This document shows positions 36,341 to 49,900 of a stretch of DNA of 64,000 nt, one piece after another. The stretch spans positions 112,158,001 to 112,222,000 of the forward strand of contig OX597816.1 in assembly GCA_951406725.2 (NCBI GenBank), in the 5' to 3' direction. The notes beneath the pieces are model-generated. The model made no database searches. It saw only the letters and a list, made by a program, of their open reading frames with translations, and was not told the DNA's origin. The stretch's first letter is position 1. Every line of letters starts with the position of its first letter. Position numbers and translations under genes: made by a program. This DNA comes from Octopus vulgaris (lineage: Eukaryota).

Positions 36341-39150
36341 ACATACAAGCAATTCGAAACAAAAATATATCACATACAGAAATTTTACACACATCAAAAA
36401 CGAAAACAACCATAGATACTCACACACACACAACAATCTGAGGCAACAATACCACCGTTCCCCGGAACCAATATCACACAATCTCACAGACAACTCATAC
36501 AAACAAAATTGCACCCAACATTTTTTAGCCCGGGACCAGAGACACCAGGACACAGGCTGGAACCTAGTAATAACGAAAAACCGAAGATAATCAACCTTTC
36601 AGCCAAACCTCTCTCTAACATAAAAATTGACATCCTCTCAAAAGGACTCAAATTTACGCCAACTCCACGCAGAGCCAACCAAAATGAAGTCAAGGACAAT
36701 ATAACAGCATTATGCAGAAAATTAAGACTGGCAGAAGCATCAACCAGTTTCAATACTGAAGATGACTCACTAGTCAAAAACAAAAGTGAACACATCCCCC
36801 ACAGAGGAAGAAATAAAGATCTTGACGAGTTCTGCAGCCACATTGAGAACTTTCCCTACCATACTATACATAAACAGACAGTTAACTCAAATTTTAGCAC
36901 TGCACAGTGCAAGGAACTGATAGAACTTCAAAATGATGAAGATATAACCATTAAGGAAGCAGACAAAGGAAGTGCAATTGTAATAATGGATACTTTATAC
37001 TATAGAAATCTTGTAATTTCCTTGCTTGATGGCAATCAACATTATGAAAAAATCACCAACTACACCCCGCAAAAAATAATGAAAACTCCGTCCTCACTAA
37101 TTAAAACCCATGAAAAGGAACTGACAACCAAAGAGATCGACTGTCTAACAAACTTTAAATGCAAGCCTAGCCTCTTCTATGGTCTGCCAAAAATACACAA
37201 AAGCCAAATTATAAATGAAACCATTAAAAAATCACCAAAGACATACATACACACACCTAACCCGGGGGACCTAAAACTACGACCCATTGTAGCTGGCCCA
37301 CCTGTGAAACACACAGATTAAGTCTATTTATGGACATCTTTCTGAAACCCTTCCTTAAACACATCGATAGTCATATCAGAGATGACTTGGATATGTTAAA
37401 CCACCTTCCAAAAAAAGTCAAGGAAGAAACAATCATGGTTTCATTTGATGTAGTTAATTTATATACCAGTATACCTCATAATTATGGACTAGAGGAAATA
37501 CAGTTCTGGCTGGACCAATTTCCGGAAGAAATACCAAAAAGGATCAGTAAAGAATTCATTACTAAATCAATTGAATTCATCCTACAAAATAACCACTTCA
37601 TGTTTGACAATACGTTTTACCGTCAAAAATCCGGAATTGCTATGGGTACAAGGGCAGCACCAGTCATTGCGAACCTAACAATGGGCTACCTGGAAATAAT
37701 TATTTACCAGGAAACTTTATCGACCTTTGGAAACCCCCCTTTCTCAATACATAAAAGAGAATTGGAAAAGATTCCTGGACGATTGTTTTATACTCTGGAA
37801 TGAAAACACAGATAAACTCCTAAAATTCAAAAACCTATTGAACAGCATCAACCCAAATATACAGTTCACAATGGAGTACAACCAAAAGGAGCTTCCATTC
37901 TCAGATATACAGATTAAAAAAATTAACCTAAAAAGAGAAACACATTTTTTACAAAGCCACAGACGCCAAACAATACCTACTTTTCGATTCATGCCACCCA
38001 AGACACACTGAAACAAACATCACTTTCAACCTTGCAAGAAGGATATGCACAATAGTGTCAGAACAAAATACCAGGAACTTTAGACTACAAGAACTCAAAA
38101 ACACCCTAATTGACAGACACTACCCAGTTCAACTCATAGAGGATGGGATCAGGCGTGCAACAGAAATCGACATAGAAACTTTGAGAAAAGTTCAACACAG
38201 CAACACGCCTTCCCCGAAAATACTGTCTTACATATCCACATACAACCCCAGAAACAAAGAAGCCTTCACCATCATCCACCCAGAATTTACCAATACTTCA
38301 TAAGGACCCCAAATTAAAGGAAATTCTAAACATACACAAAATCATTAAAAGCTACAAACAACCTAAATCACTTAAAACGATTCTCACAAGGGCAAAATTG
38401 TTTTCTGAAATTACGGATGCAAAAGTAAAAAAATGTGGTAGACCAAACTGCGCAACATGCCCAAACCTTCTAGAAGGATCAGAATTCCTTTTCAAAGAGG
38501 GACAAAAATTCAAGATCAGATCTAATTTTAATTGTGCTTCTGAAAACACAATTTATGTCATAAGATGCTCGGGCTGCCACCAAAATTACGTAGAGTCCAC
38601 GGGATTATCACTTAGACGCATATGCACTCTGCATCGACAACAGATTGCATTCCCAGAATACAGAATGATACCCTTTAGTGAGCATATTGAGAAATGCGCA
38701 AAGCAACTACTACCACAATTTTTAATCTTTCCATTCTATCAATGTGCTATTGGAACACCAAATTAGATTAAACAAGGAAACATTCTTCATTGAAAAATAT
38801 AAGCCTGAACTTAACCATCCTAACATCCTTATACAGAGAAACTCATCTCATTAAAAAAGGGGAAAAGAAATATAAAGCGATTATCTCCCTTATACCGGAA
38901 GAAATCCCTTATTACCTCACTTGCCTGGAACTTTTCTTTGCACTTCATAACAAAAACATGACACGATGTAGGTAAAGACATTTGAGTAATTTGAAAAGTT
39001 AACACGAAACCGGTAGTTTCTCCAGAAACTATGTTACTATTTGCAAAATTTTATAACATTTTTCTAACATAACGACTTAAATATATTCTTTAACCTTATA
39101 ACACAAGCCTTCTGTAGTTTTTTTCACTCTTTTCTATTTTCTATATATAC
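36340..39150 (+). mobile_element. Nearly full-length, frameshifted Penelope-like element (Neptune/Naiad-type) in (TA)n
   Basis: IINLS..LSKGLKFTPTP, ITIKEADKGSAIVIMD, FYGLPKIHK, VSFDVVNLYTSIPH, GIAMGT, RFLDDCF, CGRPNCATC, IYVIRCSGC; HHR at 38984. Confidence 0.95.
38984..39022 (+). ncRNA. Minimal hammerhead motif with U3:A8 core
   Basis: GAGTAAT-TTGAAAA-GT(TAAC)AC-GAAA-CCGG-TA-GTTTCTC. Confidence 0.65.
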
Positions 39151-39210
39151 AAAGACGTGCTTTCACACACAACTTTCTCACCTATATATACATATATATA
39201 TTTATATATA

Positions 39211-39770
39211 CCCAAGAAAAAAGTAACAAGAATGGATCAGTAGTTTAGTACAATTGTTTCATACTAAGAACATTTTATTTAAAGCTGCAAAGAGATGTGA
39301 ACTGAACCGGTGTGTGAACAACATCTTTCCTCATGTCTCCTGGAATTTATATTTGCATCTTTATGGATGGACCTACCTTCTCTGAGAAGTTATTAATCTT
39401 TTTAAAAAATTTTTAAAAACTGTGCATTGTTGGAAAACATATAGAGTCTGCTTATAAACTTACTTCAAATTCATAGAACTCACTCCTTATACTTCATAAG
39501 GATATTTACACTCTCTAGGGTGTTTGGAAAACATATATATGATTTAGCTGATGAATACTTGACATTATATTTGCTGTAATAATTGCAGCTTTAAATAAAA
39601 TGTTCTGAGTATGAAACAATTGTACTAAACTACTGATCCATTCTTGTTACTTTTTTCTTAGTTATAATCACCCCACATATTTTTATGGTTAATACCATAA
39701 AGAATTCTGGTGCATCTACTATATTCATTTCAATTCATTTGAATTCATTTGAATCTTAATTGTTTTGGTG
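39211..39770 (+). mobile_element. Non-coding pLTR-type element with a 77-bp inverted 5' copy
   Basis: 39214-39290 is the reverse complement of 39583-39659 (one mismatch); flanked by TA tracts; contains an HHR. Confidence 0.8.
39543..39629 (+). ncRNA. Type-I hammerhead ribozyme motif, canonical core
   Basis: TTTAG-CTGATGA-ATACT..AGTAT-GAAA-CAATTG-TA-CTAAA. Confidence 0.88.
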
Positions 39771-39809
39771 AAATTATATTTATATATGTATATATATATA
39801 TACATATTA

Positions 39810-39932
<123 letters not shown>

Positions 39933-39984
39933 TGTACTTGTTTCAGTCATTTGACTGCGGCCATGCTGGAGCACCGCCTTTAGA

Positions 39985-40149
39985 GTGGTGAAAGAGTACA
40001 GCAGGGATCACCACCATCCCCTGCCGGAGCCTCGTGGAGCTTTTAGGTGTTTTCGCTCAATAAACACACACAACACCCGGTCTGGGAATCGAAACCGCGA
40101 TCCTCCGACCGCAAGTCCGCTGCCTTAACCACTGGGCCATTGCGCCTCC
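39985..40149 (-). mobile_element. tRNA-derived SINE head (family of 62646-62943), fused to a CORE-SINE tail at 39934-39983
   Basis: GGAGGCGCAATGGCCCAGTGGTTAAGGCAGCGGAC..GGTTTCGATTCCC A/B boxes. Confidence 0.85.
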
Positions 40150-40204
<55 letters not shown>

Positions 40205-40246
40205 TTATATATATATATTTATATATATATATATATATATGTATAA

Positions 40247-40631
40247 AAGGGACATTAGCCAACTGAATATGGCTAGGGACAGGGCAGGGTGGTGGGGGTG
40301 TCACTGTTGCATTTAGCCCCAGGCGAACATCAACGTCACCAGATAGGCCGACGCCATCACGGCGTCCTCTATCTTGCAAAGGGAGATCATTCCCCAAGAA
40401 GCGGATGCCACACACGGACCTAGGTTTCAAGGTGTATTGCCTATTATCAACGTCTGGTAGGCACCGCTTCTCGACGAACGACTCACCGTGCAAGATATAT
40501 ATAAAGATTTTCAAGTAATGATGGCGTCGGCCTATCTGGTGACGTTGATGTTCGCCTGGGGCTAAATGCAACAGTGACACCCCCACCACCCTGCCCTGTC
40601 CCTAGCCATATTCAGTTGGCTAATGTCCCTT
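40247..40631. mobile_element. Young MITE/fold-back element with 113-bp perfect inverted arms
   Basis: 40247-40359 is the reverse complement of 40519-40631; 159-bp spacer; TA-rich flanks. Confidence 0.85.
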
Positions 40632-40763
40632 ATATTATGGAGCAGTCACTGTCTATATCTCATTTAGAGAATTATTATTGCTATATATATGTATTTATAT
40701 ATTTATTTATATATATGTATTTATATATTTATTTATATATATGTATTTATATATCTATTTATA

Positions 40764-40842
<79 letters not shown>

Positions 40843-41609
40843 ATTTCATGTATAAGCGTGTATATATATAGAGAGGTATAAATATCAACACAATTTTTCC
40901 CCTTCCTCCCTTATTTTTCTTTTTTGTCTCTCTCCCCTTCTCCAAACACACAGACACACGCACACGCACACATACACGCACACACACACACACACACACA
41001 ACACACACGGACACACACACACACACACACACACAGACACACACACACCTCCACAAAACGATCATAAAAAGTGGAAAGAATTCTTAAACCCAAAATGGCA
41101 TTTGACCATCCTCACAATGATAAAAGGAAATATAATTTATGGCCTACCTCCCCGCCACCATACACTCAGTGACACTGTGAAGTGGTCAAAGCTGAAATTC
41201 TTAGGACCCCCTTGGAGCCAATATTATGACCTACCTCCCCGCCACCACACACTCAGTTGAGTTCTAAGTCTATTTATGGTGTCCTGTACACACGTATATA
41301 TATTTATATGTGCATGTATATATACATGTAGATGTAGGTACGTACATATATGTTTGTATGTATGCATATATTTTATTTATTACACTATGTATATATATAT
41401 GTATATATATGTATATATATTTATATATATATTTATATATATTTATATATATATGTATATATATATATTTATATATATGTATATATATATATTTATATAT
41501 ATATATGTATATATATATATGTATATATATATATTTATATATATATGTATATATATATATATATATACCTACCTATATATATATATTATTTTTAAAATTT
41601 TATTTTTAT

Positions 41610-41915
41610 TTTTATCTAGTTTCAGCTCATGAGCTGTGGCCATGCTGGGGCACCACCACTAGGTGTTGCTACATGATTTTACTTCACAAATGCTTTTTAG
41701 CAATTGCCATTTGGTGCATGAGAGAGTTCGATGCAGCTGCCCTCATCTGCACTTCCTGCCATGAAGTTGGTTCATCTGGGACACCTGACAAGAAGAGATC
41801 CAGTTTTATTTTAAAGTCATCTGCATCCCCCACCCCCATGCAGGTCTCTCAGGTTCTTCGGGAGGATATTGAAGAGTTGTGGGCCTCAGAAGCCCAGGCT
41901 ATCACAGTATCTTGA
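41610..41915 (-). mobile_element. CR1/L2-group LINE 3' end
   Basis: [39 protein letters not shown], then a 3' UTR hairpin tail. Confidence 0.8.
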
Positions 41916-43007
41916 TACACCAAACATTTCAGCTGTTTTCGTTATGCTAGCACCTACCATACAAGCACCAACAATTTGACCTCTTTGAAAGCCTGATAGA
42001 TCGATCATTTTAATGAATTTTAATTACCTTTTACTGATGATATCTGAAAAAAAAAGCAATTTTAGCAAAACGTATTAAGCAAGACTAATAATAAATCAAA
42101 AAACATAAAAATAAACAAGCTTTTGATGATTTTATAGATATTTCAAAATTATGATGCTATGATACTAGGTGTTTCCATTATTTTGTCCAACCACTGTATA
42201 TAAATCTACACAAATACACATATCCATGCCCACTCATCCACGTATAGATCCAGAAAGAGCAGCTTCCATAAGATCACTTGACAGTGAAGAATAGTAGCTA
42301 AATCTTTCCTATACTGTAAAATTGTTCACTTTTGGTAAAGCAGTATTCTATTGACAAACTACAAAACAGCTTCCAGTAATTGTTTCTTTTCTTCAAGGAA
42401 ACCAGTAATTAGAATTCTGAATATTTTACAATCAGTGGCCAAGTTTACTTGAGAAAAAGAAAGAAAATTCTTTTGAAACAGCAAGATAAATTATATTTAA
42501 AATCATGTCTACACTTTCAAAGATATCCATAGAAATTCAGAACTTAAGAATTGCTTTCTACAATTTCTCATGTTTCTGTAATAAAGCTTCTTGTGAATTT
42601 ATCCAAAAGCAGTTCAATATTTAATACATGTAACTGGATAAAATAATTTCTTATGACTATGTCTTTCTGATATTGTCTCTAAGTTTACACAGTAGATGAT
42701 ATATTTATGCTTTACAAAACCTTTTACAAATTCAATTTCTAAAATGCATTCTCTGAGTTTGAAGTGTCACTATTTCCATAAAATACCTATCCATAAAATA
42801 CTGTGAGTAATGCTTCAGTGGTTTCTTTGTGTGTGTGTGTGTGTGTGTGTATCTTGGCAGTAGTGTAAAATTTAGGCAACTCTCTAGTCACTGTATTTTA
42901 AAATGTTGATATTTTATAAAAAGCAAGCTAAGTATGTTTACACTTGTACATCAATGAAGTTGGGTGATGTGTTTCTATGATGGAAGAATCTTTAACTGTG
43001 TCTTAAT

Positions 43008-43050
<43 letters not shown>

Positions 43051-43185
43051 CATGCGTGCGTGTTTGTGTGTCTGTCTGTCTGTCTGGCTATACATATATA
43101 TATACACACACACTCACACGCACGCACACACACACACACACACACACATGCCAGCATGGAAAATGGACGCTAAATGATGATGATG

Positions 43186-43273
<88 letters not shown>

Positions 43274-43459
43274 TGTCAATATTAGACATAAGTGATATAA
43301 TAAATAATTATTATACATACATGTGCATACATAAAAATATGCATGTATGTGGTTGCATTTTGTGTGTGTATGTGTATACACACATATATAAATAAGAGCA
43401 CATATGCATGCATGTTTGTAAGTGTATATATATAGATATATATCATCATCATGATCATC

Positions 43460-43613
43460 ATCATCATTTAACGTCCGCTTTCCATGCTAGCATGGGTTGG
43501 ATGATTTTAACTGAGGGCTGGCAAACCAGATGGTTGCACCAGGCTCCAAGCTTGATTTGGCAGAGTTTCTACATCTGGATGCCCTTCCTAATGCCAACCA
43601 CTCCGAGAGTGTA

Positions 43614-43614
<1 letters not shown>
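43460..43614 (-). mobile_element. V-domain SINE 3' part
   Basis: Matches 1023-1180. Confidence 0.8.
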
Positions 43615-43665
<51 letters not shown>

Positions 43666-43759
43666 CTCCCAGTCAGTGTCCTGCATATCAAAGGCATTTA
43701 ATGAGGACTTGACAGTCCTTAAATCGCAGCCTTGGTTTCTGCTGGAGTCTCCTTCCATT

Positions 43760-44046
43760 CACAAGTTCTCCATAGAGCATCTGCTTAGGAAGCAGGTTAA
43801 GGAGGGGATCGACACTTTTGAGAGAGCATGTATCCAGCATGAAGAACTTAGGCAAGCTGCGTGAAAGTGCACAGCTCGTATAGTGAATGAGGAAAGCTTG
43901 GTCTGCAATGTTTGCAGTCGTGTATGCTTGTCAAGAGCAGGGCTCATTAGCCACCAACAGAGCCGCAAATGCAAAATATAAGTTAGTCCTAGAGCGCACA
44001 ATGTTCCTGAAGGTCGGCAATGGTCTTCCTCATTCACGAGTGGACG

Positions 44047-44054
<8 letters not shown>
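43760..44054 (+). mobile_element. RTE-clade LINE 3' end with C2H2 finger
   Basis: RKQVKEGIDTFERA..EELRQAA; CNVCSRVCLSRAGLISHQ; ends in a CAT-type tail. Confidence 0.75.
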
Positions 44055-44078
<24 letters not shown>

Positions 44079-44079
<1 letters not shown>

Positions 44080-44400
44080 GTATGGTGGTTGTCTACTCCT
44101 TATGCAGAATTTGACCACCTCCTGTACACACACCTTAGAACCATCATGGCATCTGATGTGGCTTTTTAAACTAGACAATGTTTTCATAAAGCCACCCACA
44201 TAAATTGCATATCTGATTTAGACAACCAACAGCTGCAGATAAGTTCTGATCTTTATGGATCTTAAAATGTCTTTTGAGGCCGCCATTAGATTTGAAAACC
44301 TTCTGGCATACATTTCATTCAAAGGTGTGCACAGACACACAAGCAGAATAGTTGTTGGAGTTCATTTTCCATGGGTTCACAAATGAGATTTGAGCCCAGC
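44079..44400 (-). mobile_element. Second RTE-like LINE 3' end with two C2H2 remnants
   Basis: CQKVFKSNGGLKRHFKIH and KTLSSLKSHIRCH. Confidence 0.6.
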
Positions 44401-44737
44401 AAAAGAAAGGCATAGTCTGTCATAAAGGATAAAATCATTCATGATTTTATCAGGTGGTCAGCATGAAAAAAAAAACCTTACAAGAAAATTTTTCTAAATA
44501 CTATATTAATATTTGTATACATAATTATAACAAGGTGTCAGAAACAAGACTCTCCATGTGCTGAAAATAGATGCCAAACGACGTTAAAAACCACCTTAAA
44601 ACTCCAAAAACACAAAAATTAAACTTTTAGTTAATTGTATATTAGAAATAATTTCAGGCTAAAATTATAAATACTGTCATGATCAGCATAGATATTCTAG
44701 AGAATAAATGTACATGTATCTATAGATATCTACAATA

Positions 44738-45153
44738 GGCGCAGGAGTGGCTGAGTGGTAAGAAGCTTGCTTACCAACCATATGGTTCCAGGTTCAGTCC
44801 CACTGCATGGCACCTTGGCCAAGTGTCTTCTACTATAGCTTCAGGCTGACCAAAACCTTGTGAGTGGATTTGGTAGATGGAAACTGGAAGAAGCCTGTCG
44901 TATATATACATACATATATGTATATGTATGTGTGTGTATATGTTTGTGCATCTGTGTTTGTTCCCCCAATATCGCTTGACAACTGATGCTGGTGTGTTTG
45001 TGTCCCCGTAACCTAGCAGTTCAGCAAAAGAGACTGATAGAATAAGTTCTAGGCTTACAAAGAATAAGTCCTAGGGTTGATTTGTTCACCTAAAGCCGGT
45101 GCTCCAGCATGGCCACAGTCAAATGACTGAAACAAGTAAAAGAGTAAAGAGTA
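44738..45153 (+). mobile_element. Full-length CORE-type SINE
   Basis: GGCGCAGGAGTGGCTGAGTGGTAAG head through GACTGAAACAAGTAAAAGAG tail. Confidence 0.92.
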
Positions 45154-45199
45154 CAAGCAGCAACATCACACAGTAATATATATATGCACTTGCAAAAAT

Positions 45200-46043
45200 A
45201 TACAGTATATATATAATTAAAATCACAATAAGGGTGAAAAAAATTGAATATTAATTAATAACATCAATTTAAAACACCAAGTGGCCCAGCGTAAAAAAAC
45301 TGTGATACAGTAAAAATTATTAATACAAGTAATAAGAGAGAGACCACATGTGGTCCTAAGAGTGAGGATATTTGAACGAAGTGGAGAGGGAAGGGTACGT
45401 TGATTGAAAGAATGTTCAAAGGCTAAGGAAAGAATTTCGTTATTGAAGTGGAGTGCACGTTAAGCTAATTGTTCAAACCACGGTGACTATCGTGGTTTGA
45501 ACAATTAGCTTAACGTGCACTCCACTTCAATAGCGAAATTCTTTCCTTAGCCTTTGAACATTCTTTCAATCAACGTACCCTTTCCTCTCCACGTGTTCCC
45601 TACCTATTATTCCTTTAACCCTTCTCTTCCTACTATCTATATTTGACGTCAATTCTTCTAACGGTTTTTTTTAAAAACACTCGTTATCGTTTTGTTTACC
45701 ATGTAGGCAGTCATCGAAATTTTTGTTTGTCTTGTTGTCTAGAGAGGCTCCCTTTCTTTCCTGATGAGAAGATTGCATAATGCACCCTTTATTCCTTTGG
45801 AATGAAACCATGTTGTCTTCGAAACATATGTCGAGAGTAAAGGAATTTTGTTAACATCTTCGTTCGACTCCATTCTTTCATTTATTCATATACAACACAC
45901 AAATTTCTGCACATGAACCCGAGTTTCTACCCTTGGACAGGTCGCTTCAACCGTGTTTCTGACGTGAATTTGCTACCCTGGTTTCGGTTCAACGAATTTT
46001 CCATGCTGACGATAAACATAGGATAATTCATTCACCTATTTAA

Positions 46044-46045
<2 letters not shown>
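45200..46045 (+). mobile_element. PLE terminal derivative with about 100-bp hairpin and HHR (family of 14652-16130)
   Basis: Near-perfect inverted repeat at 45381-45592; post-HHR sequence AAAGGAATTTTGT..ATCTTCGTTC..CTCCATT matches 16085-16120. Confidence 0.8.
45756..45837 (+). ncRNA. Type-I hammerhead ribozyme motif, fully canonical core
   Basis: CTTTC-CTGATGA-GAAGAT..GTCTTC-GAAA-CATATG-TC-GAGAG; GUC triplet. Confidence 0.9.
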
Positions 46046-46114
<69 letters not shown>

Positions 46115-46115
<1 letters not shown>

Positions 46116-46296
46116 GATGAGCTTCTTTCAGTTTCCGTCTACCAAATCCACTCACAAAGCTTTGGTTGGCCCAAGGCTATAGCTGAGGACATTTGCCAAG
46201 GTGCCACACAGAAAGACTGAACCTGGAACTATCTGGTTGGGAAGCAAGCTTCTTACCACACAGTCATGCTGTGCTTATCCACACAGCCACGCCTAC
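46115..46296 (-). mobile_element. CORE-type SINE 5' half
   Basis: Matches 2177-2338. Confidence 0.8.
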
Positions 46297-47399
46297 ACCT
46301 ATATACATGCATGCATACATCTGCCTACTAATATATGCCTGCATGCATACACACACACATATATACACACACACAAATATATATGTACACACACTTACAC
46401 AAACAAAATACAGACATATACACATATATTTTTTGTATATGTGTATGTATGTATAGTAATTATTTGTTATATCACTTATGTTTCACATTGCCAATGTTTT
46501 ATAAATATTTTCTCAATAAATCATATCAGTGAGTTGTGAAAATGGTAACACTTAACTTTTTACCTCCATCACATTACTTTTTTAATGCAGAATTTTTTTT
46601 TACATCAAAATGAAAAATTGCTTGCTTGCTTTCATAACTCTGAATTTTCTCTTTTTATTCTTCTTTGTTTTAACAACAGCTCAGCAGAACCAATAGTAAT
46701 ATCATTAACTTACTTTTACATTGACTATCAACCGACAAGATAACCTTCTTGAAATAGCAGTTAAACTTTCTTGAATTCACACCCTACCATCTTATAAAGT
46801 AAAAGGTTACATTTGATAATGTTTTTTGAGATATACTATGTCTAAAACAGATATTGAATGGTTAAGCTGGAATGCCTTTGACCAAATGTCTATGCTCAAT
46901 CAAGACTAACTTGGAGCTAAAAGCCAGTGTTACTATTTCATTCTTTTGTTCTATCAATTATATTGAACAGTTGTTTTGTCTTTATATTAAGGAGAAGTTT
47001 TCTTGAAAACCACAAGAGGGACTAATGTTGTATTAGTGGAGTAAATTAGATTTATCACCTGGTTTAATCTCATTGTCTGGCATTGCCTTTAGTGAAAGCT
47101 ACTCTGTTGCAAACATTCCGGCAATTCTGGGTTTTTTTTCTCTCTCCAATCTTGGTGTCAAGCACTTTCTAAAAGCTCCTGAGCGCTGCCATTTCTCCCC
47201 TCATTTGGCATAAATGCTAAATTTTAAAAATAGGTTAAACGTTTTCCAAACAGGTTTGTGTGAACCACAACCATTGACTGATCAAGTCTGCTGAAAGAAA
47301 TCAGATGATGATGATGAAATCTAGACCTGAAGCAAAATTAAAGATCCACTACACTTCATTTATTCATCAGATCATTATTAATGTTCCCAAGAAAATACA

Positions 47400-49900
47400 C
47401 TAGTCCAGGTTCTTCCAAATTGGGTTCCAAGGAACCATAAGTTTGTATGATAAACTTCCAGAATTCAGTGAGATAAAGTGCTTTTTAAAGAAATTTAATA
47501 AACAATTTCTTTTATGAAAAGATGGTAGTCCTCATTTTCAAAATAATTAATTGTGCAATAAACATCTGTAAAAACCTCTGTGCAATGCAGATGATGAGTT
47601 GAGCAAAATATGTAATGTGATATCAATAAATGAAAGCATGGAGAAAGATGTATTACTTTACATAGATTGTTTAATGATTCAATATTATTTCAGGACAAAA
47701 TTCCATTTTTCAAATGGAAGAACAACATGATAAAGAGAAAAGATTTGTTACTTTACATAACTTGTTTAATGATGCTATAATATTTCAGGAAAAAAATTCC
47801 TTTCCCAGATAAAATGGATGGCTAATAAGAAGAAATTTCTCTGAACTGCTTGGTTATTTTCTTTCTTCTCAAAGAGTTTGTAGACATGTGTTTGTTATTG
47901 GCAGGCAATTCTATTTGAAAAGGTAAATTTTTCTCAAAATATTGTAGGATTTTTAAACAACCTATGTAAGCTAATACAATACCTTTTATCTTTGTTTTGA
48001 TTAGGTGACATATATTTTGCTTATCCTCACCTGCATTGCTCAAAGGATTTTGTCACCATTTATCTCATTTATACATATTACAATGCTTCAAGCAAAATAC
48101 ATCATTCTATTATAATAAAATGTTTGTTTTTAATTTGTTTTGTTATATTTTATTAATTCACTCTAAAACTGTTTTTGTTTTTTTTAATGTCATTATTAGA
48201 ATTAAAGTGGTGGTTGTTGTCCATGAAATACAGGTATTGGTGATTTTTGCAAAATTGTATGCAAGTTCCTTGATAAAATTAGTTTGAGAACTACGGCACT
48301 AAGCGGTCTACTTCTAATGGTGATGAAAATATTTGACCTATGTAGTAGTTTACAATCCTTCTCTGATTCATTTCTTCGTTTCTGGGCACCAGACATTCTC
48401 AAAATAAAATTACATTCATAATTATCATTGAAATTTCGACGATGGCATCGTTGTTGTCTTTATAATTTGCATAAGGATTATATCAACAACTTTATTGCAG
48501 ACACTGGCCTGGAATGTATCCAGGATGGACCTAAAGGCAGTGATGATGGACCAAGAAGTGTGGTAGGTGGACTTTGTTGTTGTGGCCTGGGTTGGAAGCT
48601 GGCCATAATAATAAAGATTACATGCAAATTCAATAAGTTTTTTTAACCTTTTTTGGTTGGTTTTCTATTAGATTCCTACACATAGCATTCCTCTTAATCT
48701 TTTTAATCTTTGTTTCTCTACAGTATACTGTGCTCTTTATTGTGTTTACATCCATCCATCCATCCATCTACACACACACACATACACACATACATACATA
48801 GGTATTTATGTTTGTATATATATATATATGAATACAACTTTTATTTATTCACATCTGTTATTTTTTTGTTTTCATTCATTTTATCAGTTTATTTGATAAT
48901 CTAAAATATATACAATCAATTTGAAAATTTTTTTCAAAAAATCTATATAATGATAATTATTGGATGTTCTGAAGAACATCCAATTTTGAAAGCTTCTGAG
49001 TTTAAGCGCAGCTCACAGCATGTTTTATTCGCAAGTGAGTTGAAAAAATTACTAGGAAGTTTACTCTGATATGTTTGAAGCATTAGTGGGTATGTGAAGA
49101 TATGTTGAAACTGGATAATAGGAGCTCTAAATATTGATTTTGAATTTTGGAACAAGGCCAGAAAGTTTAAGAGAGGGGATAAATCAATTCCATCACCTCC
49201 AGTCCTCAACTGGTACTCATTTTATCGACTCAGAAAGGTCGAAAGCATAGTCAACCTCAGTGGTATTTGAACTCAAAATGTAAAGGCAGACAAAACTCTG
49301 CTAAGCATTTTGCCTTTCGCCTGGTGTGTTAATGGTTTTGCCATCTCACTGCCTAGGAGCTCTATTATATATTAACTATAGGCTTTGCTGATAAAATGAA
49401 GATTAGCCAGACTGTGAGTCACATTGTTATTTAAAATTGTTGAACCCATATTGGCAGCAAAAAGTTACAGTAATAAATACCAAAGTGAGTGTAAACTGCA
49501 ATTTCAGCAAAATTTAAATAACTTCTATGCAATCATATGCTTTCAAGAATCAAATTCCAATCTTGTTTGATTTTTCTGATCTTCTCAAGCTATTTTCTTT
49601 ACTTTCATCAGCAACAAGAGAGATTGATTGATTTATGTATTTCACTGTTATAGATGTTCTCATTCTTTTCAAACTCTCTAGGTAATTCCTTTTGTCATCT
49701 GTTTCTATTTTTTGTCCAAATAACATGTCGGCCAGTTTATTCCCATTGCCTTTAGTTGAAGTCATTGTGTTGCAAGTGTTCATTCAAACCAGGTGTTCAG
49801 TCTGAGTATAACACAGTATGCTGAATAGCTGCTGTTGATGTTGCTGCATATCACAGCAACATATTCGTAATAGCTTTTTCTTCCTGCCAGTGTCAAGGGG
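47400..49900 (-). mobile_element. Scattered, highly decayed hAT-like remnants
   Basis: MSGAQKRR start near 48396 and QQQLFSILCY..STKG..LADML at about 49720-49850 resemble hAT transposases; weak. Confidence 0.3.
49150..49335 (-). mobile_element. Meta-domain SINE
   Basis: Reverse-complement match to 59345-59741. Confidence 0.7.

Noticed and set aside
39985-40149. Functional tRNA gene
   Set aside because: No acceptor-stem closure; it continues into a SINE body shared with 62646-62943
40519-40631. HDV-like or twister ribozyme in the perfect inverted arm
   Set aside because: Could not build the required pseudoknot pairings by eye
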